From: Acidobacteriota bacterium
GTDB taxonomy: Bacteria; Acidobacteriota; Thermoanaerobaculia; Gp7-AA8
Direction: 5' to 3'
DNA: 64,000 nt
Assembly (NCBI GenBank): GCA_019244185.1
Contig: JAFATB010000023.1
Span: 320,001 to 384,000 of the forward strand
The notes under the pieces are model-generated. The model did not search any database and was not told where the DNA came from. It saw nothing but the letters and a program-made list of their open reading frames with translations. The position numbers were made by a program, and so were the translations under genes. The first letter of the stretch is position 1, and every line of letters begins with the position of its first letter. Below, piece after piece: positions 29,528 through 38,812 of this stretch.

Positions 29528-31330
29528 CTACTTGCGGTGAAAGTGGCGCTCGATGTCGAGGTGCTTGATGTCGACGATGATCGGGCGTCCGTGCGGACAC
29601 GCGAACGGATTCGACGACTGCAGCAGCTCCGACACCACGCGCGCCATCTCTTCGCCGGACAGCGGACGATGCACTTTGATCGCCGCCTGACACGCGAGCG
29701 ACGCGGCGATGCGCTCGCGCACGCGCGTCACGTGCGACGCTTTCTCCTCGCTCGACGCGTCGATCAGCTTGTGCAGGAACGAGTCGACGTCGTTGCGCAG
29801 CAGCTCCGCCGGCAACGCCGTGATCGCGAACGCGTTGCCGGAGAAGCGCTCGATGTCGAAGCCGACGTCGCGCAGCTCGCCGACGTGCGAGTCGAGCACC
29901 GCGCATTCGGCGGCGCCCGTCTCGTAGAGGATCGGCGTGAGGAGCTGCTGCGACACCGGCGCTCGCGCTTCGACGCGCGAGAGGTAGCGGTCGTACAGCA
30001 CGCGCTCGTGCGCGACGTGCTGATCGACGAGCCGCAGTCCGCCCGGCGCGTCGATGAGGATGTAGCTCAGGCGGTACTGGCCGATGACGCGCCCCTTCAG
30101 ATCGCCGAGCTGCGGCGCGGGCGCTTCGTCCTCGATTTCCACGGCCGCGCGCGGCGGCTGCACGATCGCTTCTTTCTGAAAGAGCGGCGTGAACTCCGGC
30201 GTCCAGCGCGGACCGCGCTCGTCGTAGCGCTGCGCTGGAAAGAGCTGCGGCGCGTACGCGGCCGAAGTCTGCGACGCGCCTGAGCGCGGCGCCTGCATGT
30301 CGAACGGCGACGGCGCGCTCTCGCGCAGCAATGCCGCGCCTTCTTCCGCGCCGCCGAGCGCGCGCTTGATCGCCTGCTCGACCGCGACGTGCACCTGCGA
30401 CGAATCGCGGAAGCGCACTTCCGTCTTCGCCGGATGCACGTTGACGTCGACGAGCTCCGGCGGGACGTCGAGAAAAAGAACGATCGCCGGATGTCCCTCG
30501 AAGTCGAACTGCTCGGCCGCGCGATTCGCGGCATGCGTCAGCACGCGGTCTTTGACGAGGCGCCCGTTGACGAAGAAGAACTGGTGGCGCCGCGAGCCGT
30601 AGCGCAGGCCGCGCGTCACGAAGCCGCTCACGCGCGCGGCGCCGATCTCCGAGGCGATCTCCTCGAGGTGCGGCGCGGCGTCGTTGCCGAGGATCTGCAG
30701 GACGCGCTCGCGTCCATCGGCGGCGGGCGCGAGGTCGAGCACGACGCGGCCGTTGTGCTCGACGCGGAACGCGCGCGAGGGGAGGGGCAGCGCGTACGAC
30801 GAGACGACGCTGACGATCGCGCGGAACTCCGCGTCGGCGCCGCGCAGGAACTTCCGGCGCGCGGGTACGTTCTCGAAGAGCTCGCGCACGGAGATCGTCG
30901 TGCCGCGGTCGCGCGCCGCGGGACGCACGCCGCGCGCGGCGGTGAGCGGATCGCATTCGATCTCCACCGCCTCGCCGCGCTCGTTGTCGGACGTCGTCAG
31001 CGTGAAGCGCGAGACGCTGGCGATCGACGGCAGCGCCTCCCCGCGGAAGCCGAGCGTGCGCACGCGCGTGAGGTCGTCGAAGACGCGGATCTTCGAGGTG
31101 GCGTGGCGTTCGAGTGCGAGCAGCGCGTCGTCGTGTGACATGCCGCAGCCGTCGTCGCGGATCTCGATGCGTTTGCGGCCGCCTTGTTCGAGGAGGATGT
31201 CGATGGTCGTGGCGCCGGCGTCGATCGCGTTTTCGACGAGTTCTTTGACGACGGACGACGGGCGTTCGACCACCTCTCCCGCCGCGATCTGATTGACGAG
31301 ATCGGTCGGCAGGACGTGGATGCGGGGCAT
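29528..31330 (-). CDS. mutL: DNA mismatch repair endonuclease MutL
   Basis: NQIAAGEVVERP, HATSKI, GFRGEAL, DVNVHPAK, DQHVAHER, ACQAA, CPHGRP. Confidence 0.97.
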   Translation of the reverse strand: MPRIHVLPTDLVNQIAAGEVVERPSSVVKELVENAIDAGATTIDILLEQGGRKRIEIRDDGCGMSHDDALLALERHATSKIRVFDDLTRVRTLGFRGEALPSIASVSRFTLTTSDNERGEAVEIECDPLTAARGVRPAARDRGTTISVRELFENVPARRKFLRGADAEFRAIVSVVSSYALPLPSRAFRVEHNGRVVLDLAPAADGRERVLQILGNDAAPHLEEIASEIGAARVSGFVTRGLRYGSRRHQFFFVNGRLVKDRVLTHAANRAAEQFDFEGHPAIVLFLDVPPELVDVNVHPAKTEVRFRDSSQVHVAVEQAIKRALGGAEEGAALLRESAPSPFDMQAPRSGASQTSAAYAPQLFPAQRYDERGPRWTPEFTPLFQKEAIVQPPRAAVEIEDEAPAPQLGDLKGRVIGQYRLSYILIDAPGGLRLVDQHVAHERVLYDRYLSRVEARAPVSQQLLTPILYETGAAECAVLDSHVGELRDVGFDIERFSGNAFAITALPAELLRNDVDSFLHKLIDASSEEKASHVTRVRERIAASLACQAAIKVHRPLSGEEMARVVSELLQSSNPFACPHGRPIIVDIKHLDIERHFHRK

Positions 31331-31343
31331 GCCGCGATTCTAC

Positions 31344-31359
31344 AGGCACATCCGTTGCT
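31344..31359 (+). promoter_or_regulatory. Sigma54 -24/-12 promoter of small ORF
   Basis: AGGCACATCCGTTGCT (GG-N10-GC), 12 nt before ATG 31372. Confidence 0.6.
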
Positions 31360-31371
31360 GCCTCGGCACGC

Positions 31372-31521
31372 ATGCGCCGTCTTGCTGCCGCCGTCGGAAT
31401 CGTGCTCGTCCTCGCTCTCGCCCTGACACTGCTCTGGTGCGTCTACGTGCACCACTCGCGCGCCGAGCCGTTCGAGCACGAAGACCGTGCGGTCGTGGCA
31501 CTACCTTCGCGCGCCGCGTGA
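31372..31521 (+). CDS. Small single-pass membrane protein (49 aa), below the ORF-track cutoff
   Basis: MRRLAAAVGIVLVLALALTLLWCVYVHHSRAEPFEHEDRAVVALPSRAA. Fills an otherwise empty gap and has a sigma54 box upstream. Confidence 0.6.
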   Translation: MRRLAAAVGIVLVLALALTLLWCVYVHHSRAEPFEHEDRAVVALPSRAA

Positions 31522-31578
31522 ACAGCAAAAATTTCCCGCCGCTGCGCTAACTCTCTCGTAATCCTGATTCAGAAAAGC

Positions 31579-31594
31579 TGGCACGCTCGGTGCT
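31579..31594 (+). promoter_or_regulatory. Sigma54 -24/-12 promoter of BON protein gene
   Basis: TGGCACGCTCGGTGCT preceded by an AT-rich tract. Confidence 0.65.
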
Positions 31595-31622
31595 CTATAG
31601 GCGATCAGGAGATACGAATAAC

Positions 31623-32114
31623 ATGAAGCGCATGATCGTCAGAGCCGCCGCAGCCGCCGCCTTTCTCCTTACGCTGAGCAGCGTGGCGCTCGCAGCAGAG
31701 CCAACCGCTCCCGCCACTACCATCGATCTGACCGACTCGTTCCGTGACTCCGCCACGGTCGACGGTCTTCAGGTTTACCAGCTCGCCGGCATCCTCATCA
31801 TCCGCGGCCGTACGACCGATCCCGCGCAGGCCGCGCTTCTCGCCGACCGCGCCCAGCAACTCGGTTACGCCCGCGTCGCGAACCTCGTGCAGACCGTGCA
31901 TGAGAGCGACGACAGCGCGCTGACCCGCGCGGCCGAACGCGAGCTGGCCATCCACCGCGCTCTCGACGGCTGCCAGTTCACGGTGCACTCCGAAAAGGGT
32001 GTCGTGACGATCGCCGGCCGGGTGCGGCACGAACTGCAGAAGGACGTCGCGGTGCAGGTGCTTCGCGGCATCGACGGCGTGCGCGCCATCGAAACGGATC
32101 TCCAGAAGTTCTAA
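31623..32114 (+). CDS. BON domain-containing exported protein
   Basis: RBS AGGAG, signal peptide ...VALA, BON motif V.SEKGVVTIAGRV......AVQV.RGIDGVRAI. Confidence 0.85.
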   Translation: MKRMIVRAAAAAAFLLTLSSVALAAEPTAPATTIDLTDSFRDSATVDGLQVYQLAGILIIRGRTTDPAQAALLADRAQQLGYARVANLVQTVHESDDSALTRAAERELAIHRALDGCQFTVHSEKGVVTIAGRVRHELQKDVAVQVLRGIDGVRAIETDLQKF

Positions 32115-32143
32115 TCAGCCCAAACGAACGAACGAAGGCAGTA

Positions 32144-32180
32144 AGGAAAGGCAGGCCGCCGGGCCTGCCTTTCTCCTTTT
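32144..32180 (+). terminator. Intrinsic terminator (possibly bidirectional)
   Basis: AAAGGCAGGCC-GCCG-GGCCTGCCTTT followed by CTCCTTTT, between convergent genes. Confidence 0.75.
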
Positions 32181-32190
32181 GTCGAGATTT

Positions 32191-33480
32191 CTACCGAACC
32201 GTCCGGATGGAGAAGCGCACCTTGGTTCCGGCGTCGATGTCGTCGGGGTGTTTGAGCGTGTGCGCGACGATGAGGCTGAGGTAGATGTCGTAGTCGCGAA
32301 ACGCGAACGCCGACTCGGTGCCGAGGCCGACGTCCGCGACGAGGCGCTTGCTCTTGACCATGTCGGAGTAATTGAAGCCGACCGCGCCGGCGCCGAAGTA
32401 CCCGACGGCGTAGGCCGTGTTCCAGTAGAGCGAGCCGAGGTGATAGTCGCGATTGCGGAAGACCGGCACGAAGAGCTCGTGCGTCATGTGCGTCTCGTGC
32501 GTGCCGATCTCGAAGCCGTTCGTCGCGATCGAGCGCAACGCCTCGCGTCCGCCCAGGCGGAAGAGCTCGTACTGCGGGACGTCGTAGAACTCCCACGGCT
32601 CGAGCGGATCGATCTTCATGTCGCCGTCTTTGTCGGTCGGCACGGGCGGCGGCTCGATGAGGTCGCGCTTGAGGAACGCGCCGACGTGCAGGCGTGAGAA
32701 GACGAACGACGTCGGCGTCAGATCGAAGCGATGCAGGCCTTCCGCCTCGAGCTTCGTGTACTGATAGTCGCCGTTGGCGACGCGGCTCGACTGCGTGATC
32801 GCCGCCGCGAGGCCGGTCTTCTGCGGGCCGATGTCGCGGAAGGCGGTGAGCACCGGTGTAATGCGGCCGCGCTGTTCGCCGACGATGGCGTTCATGCGCT
32901 CGTCGAACTGCGTGCCGTACTGATAGCCGATCTTCGTGTAGATGTTGTTCTTGAGATTGTCGGGACGGTTGATGCCGAAGGTGAGGCGGTCGTCCTGCAG
33001 CAGGAGAAAGTAGCGGTTGTTGTAATCCTTCGGAATGCCGAAGAGCAGCAGGCCGCCGCGCACGCGCTCGAATTCCTTCTGATCGTCGGAGCCGACGTCG
33101 GGAAACGAGATCGAGTCGAAGACACCGAGGCGATAGGTGTAATTGCGCGCGTAATACTTGTAGCGGAGGAAGGTCGAGATGTCGCCGTTGACGAAGCGAT
33201 AATCGATCTGGCTTTCAAAGAGGACGTTGCGGATCAGTTTGCGCAGACGGATGGACGCCTGGCCCTCCGGAAGGTAAATATTGACTGCCGGAAGGGAGTC
33301 TCGCCGTTCGTACGTGGCGCTGGCGGCATCGGAGAGGACGGAGGGCTGCGTCGTCGTGACGGAGGTTGGAGGCGGCGCGGGAGGCGGTGTTTGCGGGTCG
33401 GTCGCCTGCGCGAATGCGAGGCGGCTGAGCGCAAGAATTGCCGTGATCGAAGCGAGAAAACGCGTTTTCGACATGTGCAA
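32191..33480 (-). CDS. Outer-membrane beta-barrel protein, Omp85/BamA-barrel-like, without POTRA domains
   Basis: Signal peptide (AFA/Q), amphipathic beta strands, YQYTKLEAE, and ELFRLGGREALRSI resembling the F.LGG..SLRG loop-6 motif. Confidence 0.55.
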   Translation of the reverse strand: MHMSKTRFLASITAILALSRLAFAQATDPQTPPPAPPPTSVTTTQPSVLSDAASATYERRDSLPAVNIYLPEGQASIRLRKLIRNVLFESQIDYRFVNGDISTFLRYKYYARNYTYRLGVFDSISFPDVGSDDQKEFERVRGGLLLFGIPKDYNNRYFLLLQDDRLTFGINRPDNLKNNIYTKIGYQYGTQFDERMNAIVGEQRGRITPVLTAFRDIGPQKTGLAAAITQSSRVANGDYQYTKLEAEGLHRFDLTPTSFVFSRLHVGAFLKRDLIEPPPVPTDKDGDMKIDPLEPWEFYDVPQYELFRLGGREALRSIATNGFEIGTHETHMTHELFVPVFRNRDYHLGSLYWNTAYAVGYFGAGAVGFNYSDMVKSKRLVADVGLGTESAFAFRDYDIYLSLIVAHTLKHPDDIDAGTKVRFSIRTVR

Positions 33481-33578
33481 AGTCCGTCCTTTTCGAGGGT
33501 GGCAGCTTATACCTCGTGACTCAAGCTATGGTAAAGTCAAGCACTTGAAGTCTTTACGGGAAAGGTTGTCCATCGCTC

Positions 33579-33594
33579 TGGCATATGTTTTGTA
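33579..33594 (+). promoter_or_regulatory. Possible sigma54 promoter of ompA-family gene
   Basis: TGGCATATGTTTTGTA. The -12 reads GT rather than GC. Confidence 0.4.
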
Positions 33595-33654
33595 GCGGCG
33601 CGAGCAACGTAGCCGCGAACCGTTACCGTGCGAAGCAGTTTAGGAGGTGTGATT

Positions 33655-35103
33655 TTGTTCAAGCATCGGCTGATGTTCCCACTGCTGTGCTTCCTGGTGG
33701 CAGGAGCCGCATTCGCTCAGGATGCGGCGATGACTGTCGCCCCAACCCGTGACGACCAGTTGCGGATGTTTGCCCCCACCGTCAGCGGTCCGACCGGACT
33801 GTTCGAGACCGTGGCCGCGGACACTCTGCACCGCGGTGACTGGTCGTTCGGCATCTACTACAACAACTACGACCTCGAAGCCGGCAGCGCGCCCGATCTC
33901 GCTCCGCCTTCGGCGCGCGATTACAAGGACATGGGGTACGACTTGTATCGCCTCAGCGCCTCGGTCGGCTACGGTCTGACGGACCGCTGGGAGTTCACGG
34001 CGATGGTCCCGTGGGACCGCATCGTCGCGCACGGCGGCGACCGCGTCGGCTTCATCAACGGGTACCTCTATCGGGGCTCGTTCACCGACAGCGGCATCGG
34101 CAACGTGCGCCTGGCCACGAAGTTCGGCCTCACGCCGAATGACGCGCCGACGCGCTTCGCCCTCTCGCTCTTTGCCGATCTGCCGACCGGCGACGACGAC
34201 GGCGGCATCGCCACCGGCGGTACGGACTTCGGCATCGCCGGACACCTCACGCACGGAATCGTGTCCGCGGATCTCGGCTACATCGCCCGCGGCGACCGCA
34301 GCAACAACTCGAGCGTCGTCACCGGCTTTCCCGAGGTCAGCATCCCGAACGAGGTTCGCCTCAACGCCGGTCTGAACATCCCGGTGGGCTTCTGGGCGAC
34401 CACGAACTGGATCAACGAAGTCAACACGATCTGGTACACCGGCGGCGATCGCACGCCGGACAATCCGATCTTCCTCGTCAGCGGACTGCGCCACTGGTTC
34501 GGCAACAGCGGCTGGGCGCTCAACGCCGCCGCGCGCTGGAACGTGACGAAGTTCGGCAACGACAACGACGAATGCCGCTTCACGGAGCTCGACGACTGCG
34601 GTCTGTCGGGTCTCGTCGGCCTGACGTTCGCGCCGCTCCATCTGGCCGCTCCCGCGCTGCCGCCGCCGGCCCCCGCGCCGGTGCCGCCGCCGCCGCCGGC
34701 TCCGGAGCCCGCTCCGGTTCCGCCGCCCGAGCCGCCGGTCGCGCCGCCCCGACAGCCGCAGGAGCTGCGCACGGACGAGATTCACTTCGAGCCGGGCTCG
34801 GCCCGCCTCACGAACATCGCCAAGGCCATCCTCGACGAAGTCGGCCTGCGCATGAAGCAGGAACCGACGGCGACGGCGCTCGTCATCGGCTACACCGATG
34901 ACCGCGAGCAGACCGGCGCAAACCGCGATCTCGATCGGCGTCGTGCCGAGGCCGTGCGCGACTACCTCGTGACGCGCCACGGCATCGATCCGTCGCGCAT
35001 CACGGTCGAAGGCCGCGGCACGCAGGATCCGGTCGGCGACAACACCACCGCGGAAGGCCGTCTGCGCAACCGCCGCGTGGTGATCCGCCTCATCCTGCCG
35101 TAA
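33655..35103 (+). CDS. OmpA family outer membrane protein (N-terminal barrel, Pro-rich linker, OmpA_C)
   Basis: AGGAGG RBS before TTG 33655 (start uncertain), signal peptide, IHFEPGSARL, IGYTD, RRAEAVRDYL, GRLRNRRV. Confidence 0.88.
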   Translation: MFKHRLMFPLLCFLVAGAAFAQDAAMTVAPTRDDQLRMFAPTVSGPTGLFETVAADTLHRGDWSFGIYYNNYDLEAGSAPDLAPPSARDYKDMGYDLYRLSASVGYGLTDRWEFTAMVPWDRIVAHGGDRVGFINGYLYRGSFTDSGIGNVRLATKFGLTPNDAPTRFALSLFADLPTGDDDGGIATGGTDFGIAGHLTHGIVSADLGYIARGDRSNNSSVVTGFPEVSIPNEVRLNAGLNIPVGFWATTNWINEVNTIWYTGGDRTPDNPIFLVSGLRHWFGNSGWALNAAARWNVTKFGNDNDECRFTELDDCGLSGLVGLTFAPLHLAAPALPPPAPAPVPPPPPAPEPAPVPPPEPPVAPPRQPQELRTDEIHFEPGSARLTNIAKAILDEVGLRMKQEPTATALVIGYTDDREQTGANRDLDRRRAEAVRDYLVTRHGIDPSRITVEGRGTQDPVGDNTTAEGRLRNRRVVIRLILP

Positions 35104-35126
35104 CGCTCATTCACGCTCTCTCCACC

Positions 35127-35160
35127 AGCCCCCGCGGACTTCGGCCGCGGGGGCTTTTTT
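35127..35160 (+). terminator. Intrinsic terminator
   Basis: AGCCCCCGCGG-ACTTCGG-CCGCGGGGGCT followed by a T run. Confidence 0.85.
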
Positions 35161-35180
35161 CTTGCTGTGAGCTTCTCGAC

Positions 35181-37439
35181 ATGCGCCGTCTTTCTTTCGT
35201 TGCCGTCGTTCTTCTCGTCCTCTCCGCCTGCGCGTCTTCGCAGTCGACCTCCACGTCGACGACGACCTCCGCGCAGCAGCAGACGCAGCCCGCGCAACCC
35301 GCGCACTCGCCGAATGCGCTGACGCCCGTCGCCGCGAACCCGCGCGCGATCGCCGAGCCGCGCATCCGCGTCGGACTCCTCATCGATCAGTCGACCGTCG
35401 CGTTTCCACGCACGACCGACGGCTACGTGCTCGTCGGCGAAAGGGGACCGATGACGCTGCGCCGCGGCTTCACCGCGACCGCGCCGCTCGCGAATGCGAC
35501 CGTGCGTTACGCCGTGCAGATGGCGGCGGTGTCGGATCAGTCATCGGCGGAAGCGCTCGCGCAGCGCGTGCGCAGCGAGACGGGCTTGCGCGTCGACGTC
35601 GTGTTCGATCCCGCCGGCGGTGCGTACCGCATCTTCGCCGGCGATTTCGCGACGTCCGATGAAGCGACGCCGACGCGCGCGCAGCTCACCGACCGCGGCT
35701 ACGGCAAAGACATGCTCGTCGTGCGGCGCCCGTCCGACGAGAAGTTCACGCCGCACATCGAGATCGTCGACGACGAAGGCGAGAGCGCGACGTTCAACTC
35801 CGCGACGCTCGACATCTTCCCCGCGAGCGGCGACACCGTCACCATCGACAAGCAGCCGTACCGCACGTCCGCGCGCCTCTTCGTCAATCCGCGCGGCCTG
35901 CTCAACGTGCTCAATGTCCTCAATCTCGAGGACTATCTGCTCGGCGTCGTCCCCGCGGAGATGGGACCGTCGATCTACGACGAGGTGGAGGCGCTGAAGG
36001 CGCAGGCCGTCGCCGCGCGGACGTACGCGGTCCGCAACCTCGGCCAGTTCGCGAGCGAGGGCTACGACATCTGTCCCGGTCCCGCGTGTCAGGCGTACAA
36101 AGGCTTCTCCGGCGAGGCGGATCTCTCGACGCGCGCCGTGCGCGGCACCGCGGGTCTCATCGCCACGTACGAAGGGAAGCCGATCGACGCGCTCTACACC
36201 GCGACATGCGGCGGCGAGACGAGCGACGTCGGCGTGATGTTTCCCGGACGCGACGAGCCGTATCTCAAGCGCGCGCGCTGCATCGAGCTCGACATGCTGA
36301 CGCTCGAAGGCCGCGCCGACTCCGGCCTTCTCAACGACGCGCAGGTGAACGCGCGCCTTTTCGCGGCGATGGCCGGATTGCCCGACACGTCGGCGGCGTG
36401 GGCGGCGGGCGACGTCGCGCGTGCGGTCGCTGCGGCGCTGCAGCTCGCCGGCGCACCGGCGCCGAGCGGCGCGCCGGCATCGTCGCGGCGCGGCGACGTG
36501 CTCGCGTATCTCGCCTCCACGCTGCAACTCGAGCGCTTCGGACGCGCGCTGACGTTTCCGGAAGATCGTGAATACTTCTTTCCGCAGACGCCGAATTCCG
36601 AAGATGCGGCGTATGCGGCCGCGGCGTTCCTCATCAAGTACGGCATCAATCCGTCGCAGTCGCTCGATCGCGTGAGCCTCGCGCAGCCGATGCCGCGCGA
36701 AGAGCTCTACGCGCTCCTCGGCTCGTGGGTCCGCGAGCACAATCTCGTCACCGACGCCGAAGGGAAAATCCTCCGCGTCGACGGCCGCAAGGTGACGCTC
36801 AAGCAGAAAGGGGAGACGTCTTCGTACACGCTTCCCGCGAACATCCCCATCTTCCGCCGCCTCGGCGACCGCACGCAGGAGTACGCGAGCGTGCCGGTGA
36901 TGCTCGGCGATCGCGCGACCGTCATCGTGGGACCGGGCAAGCGCGTCGCGGCGATGATCGTGCAGGCGAACTACGACGGCGCGGCGTTCGACCGCACGTC
37001 GAGCTTCTCGAACTGGACGCGCAGCTATCGCGCCGACGAGCTGGTGACGTCGATCAACCGCCGCAATCCGATTCGTCAACTCATTGACCTTCGTCCGCTG
37101 ACCGTCGATGCCTCGCAGCGCGTCGCGGAGCTGGAAGTGACCGCGGAGGGCGGGCGCAAGTTCACGCTGAAAGGCCTGCCCGTGCGTTGGTCGCTCAACG
37201 TGCCGGACAACCTTTTCGTGTTCGAGAAGACGAAAGATACCGATGGGATGGATCGCTACACGTTCTATGGCAAAGGCTGGGGCCACGGCGTCGGCATGTG
37301 CCAGACCGGCGCGTACGGCATGGCCTTCCGCGGCTGGACGTACGACCGGATTCTGAAGAACTACTACACGGGGATCGACATCCAGCCGATCGCCGCGACG
37401 GCGACGCCGGCAGCGACGACATCCGCGTCGACGCCGTAG
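35181..37439 (+). CDS. SpoIID/LytB-domain lytic transglycosylase lipoprotein with SPOR domain
   Basis: Lipobox LSAC, YLLGVVPAEM, EALKAQAVAARTYA, CQAY, TCGGET, GWGHGVGMCQ.GA, IL..YY.G. Confidence 0.9.
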   Translation: MRRLSFVAVVLLVLSACASSQSTSTSTTTSAQQQTQPAQPAHSPNALTPVAANPRAIAEPRIRVGLLIDQSTVAFPRTTDGYVLVGERGPMTLRRGFTATAPLANATVRYAVQMAAVSDQSSAEALAQRVRSETGLRVDVVFDPAGGAYRIFAGDFATSDEATPTRAQLTDRGYGKDMLVVRRPSDEKFTPHIEIVDDEGESATFNSATLDIFPASGDTVTIDKQPYRTSARLFVNPRGLLNVLNVLNLEDYLLGVVPAEMGPSIYDEVEALKAQAVAARTYAVRNLGQFASEGYDICPGPACQAYKGFSGEADLSTRAVRGTAGLIATYEGKPIDALYTATCGGETSDVGVMFPGRDEPYLKRARCIELDMLTLEGRADSGLLNDAQVNARLFAAMAGLPDTSAAWAAGDVARAVAAALQLAGAPAPSGAPASSRRGDVLAYLASTLQLERFGRALTFPEDREYFFPQTPNSEDAAYAAAAFLIKYGINPSQSLDRVSLAQPMPREELYALLGSWVREHNLVTDAEGKILRVDGRKVTLKQKGETSSYTLPANIPIFRRLGDRTQEYASVPVMLGDRATVIVGPGKRVAAMIVQANYDGAAFDRTSSFSNWTRSYRADELVTSINRRNPIRQLIDLRPLTVDASQRVAELEVTAEGGRKFTLKGLPVRWSLNVPDNLFVFEKTKDTDGMDRYTFYGKGWGHGVGMCQTGAYGMAFRGWTYDRILKNYYTGIDIQPIAATATPAATTSASTP

Positions 37440-37441
37440 CG

Positions 37442-38326
37442 CTACGGCTCGCGCCCGAGGATCAGCAGCGCGAGGGCGACGGCGACGCGGCGGTCGAGCG
37501 CGTCGCTCGTCAGCTCGAGGCGATCGACGGCGCCGCTCGCGGACGGGCGGCGGACGATCGCGCCGGCGGCGAGGCCGCCGAGCTCGAGGCGGAGATTCGA
37601 TTCGGAACGGCGACTGAACTTGCCGAAGAGCTTGCGGCGGACGGCGCGGACGAACGACTCCTCGACCGCCTGGCCGACGAAGCGGTTGTCCTGCACGATC
37701 CACCAGCGGTCGCGGCCGAAGCGGGACAGCGCGCGGTGGCGCAGCTCGGCGAGCCGCGTGCCGTTCGGCGTCGCGACCACGAACGTGCGCGGCAGCAGCG
37801 AGCGTTGCGCGATCGTGAGCGCGGGATGCGCGTCGTCGTAGAGCGTCACGTTCGTGCGCGGCACGAGCAGCGCGATCGCGCACGCGAAGAGGACCGTCAG
37901 CGCGAGCGCCGCGAACGCGCGGAACGGCGCGGCTTCGAGCGCGAGGAACAGCGTGGCCGCGAAACCGGTGAGCAGCACGATGCCTGAGACGAGCGCGGCG
38001 AGGATGCCGACGACGGACGCGAAGCTGCGATACGAAAGCAGAACCGCGCCGTTCGCATCGCGCACGTGCGCGAGCTCGCCGGCGCGCAGTCCGGTCGTGA
38101 AGCGATACGTCGTGCCGGCGAATGGACCCGTCGGCGGAGCGACAACGGGTGGCGCGGCAATCGCGGGCGCGAGCGGCGCGACGTCGAACGGCTTCGCATC
38201 GACCACCGGCTGCGCAGCTTCAGCGCGCGGCGCGGCGAGTGACGGCGTGAATGGCTCGGTCGGTCCTTCCGCGGGATCCGCCAGCGCGACCGCCGCGGCT
38301 TCCTCCGCTACTCCACTTTTTTTTTT
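37442..38326 (-). CDS. Downstream (-1 frame) part of FHA gene: Pro/Ala linker, 2 TMs, LURP-one/scramblase-like domain
   Basis: The frame of ORF 37442..38206 stays open upstream through the A10 run (AAA AGT GGA GTA GCG GAG...). It has no convincing start or RBS of its own. Confidence 0.6.
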   Translation of the reverse strand, partial: KKKSGVAEEAAAVALADPAEGPTEPFTPSLAAPRAEAAQPVVDAKPFDVAPLAPAIAAPPVVAPPTGPFAGTTYRFTTGLRAGELAHVRDANGAVLLSYRSFASVVGILAALVSGIVLLTGFAATLFLALEAAPFRAFAALALTVLFACAIALLVPRTNVTLYDDAHPALTIAQRSLLPRTFVVATPNGTRLAELRHRALSRFGRDRWWIVQDNRFVGQAVEESFVRAVRRKLFGKFSRRSESNLRLELGGLAAGAIVRRPSASGAVDRLELTSDALDRRVAVALALLILGREP

Positions 38327-38787
38327 AGCTCGGCGGAGAGCGCGGCCGCATCGAGCTTCTCGTGCGGCACGGTCTGCAGGTTCACGCGCTCGTGCGGCGA
38401 GGTGGGGCTCACGAGCTGGCTGAGATCTTCGGTGGGCGGCGGCGGCACCGGCTGATCGAACGGCTCGGCCAGCGGCGCGGCTTCGTTCTCCGTCGGCAGC
38501 TCCTCGGAGAAGCGCCCGTACGTGTTGCCCATGCGCAGCTTCGCGCCGTGCGTCAGCGGAGCGACGCGAATGCGTTTGCCGTTGACGTACGTGCCGTTCG
38601 CGCTCGCGAGATCGTGCAGGACGAAGAAGCCGCGCTCGAACACGATCTCCGCGTGATGGCGCGAGACCTTCGGGTCGCGGAGGATGATGTCGTTGCCGGG
38701 ATCGCGTCCGAGCGTGAACGGACGATGCGTCTGCAGCCGGTAGCTTTTCTCCGCGCCGTCGAGGCCGACGAAGAAGATTTTCGCCAT
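38308..38787 (-). CDS. FHA domain protein (stops just after an A10 run)
   Basis: LGRDPGNDI.L.DPKVSRHHA, DLASANGTYVNG. Ends ELKKKVE*. Confidence 0.88.
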   Translation of the reverse strand: MAKIFFVGLDGAEKSYRLQTHRPFTLGRDPGNDIILRDPKVSRHHAEIVFERGFFVLHDLASANGTYVNGKRIRVAPLTHGAKLRMGNTYGRFSEELPTENEAAPLAEPFDQPVPPPPTEDLSQLVSPTSPHERVNLQTVPHEKLDAAALSAELKKKVE

Positions 38788-38812
38788 TCGGCGGCGATTC
38801 TAGCGTACTTGA

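Noticed and set aside
31496-31510. Additional sigma54-like box TGGCACTACCTTCGC
   Set aside because: It lies inside the small ORF, and a better-placed box exists at 31579, so it is probably chance.
34640-34760. CCG-rich low-complexity tract as a DNA repeat element
   Set aside because: It simply encodes the proline-rich OmpA linker.
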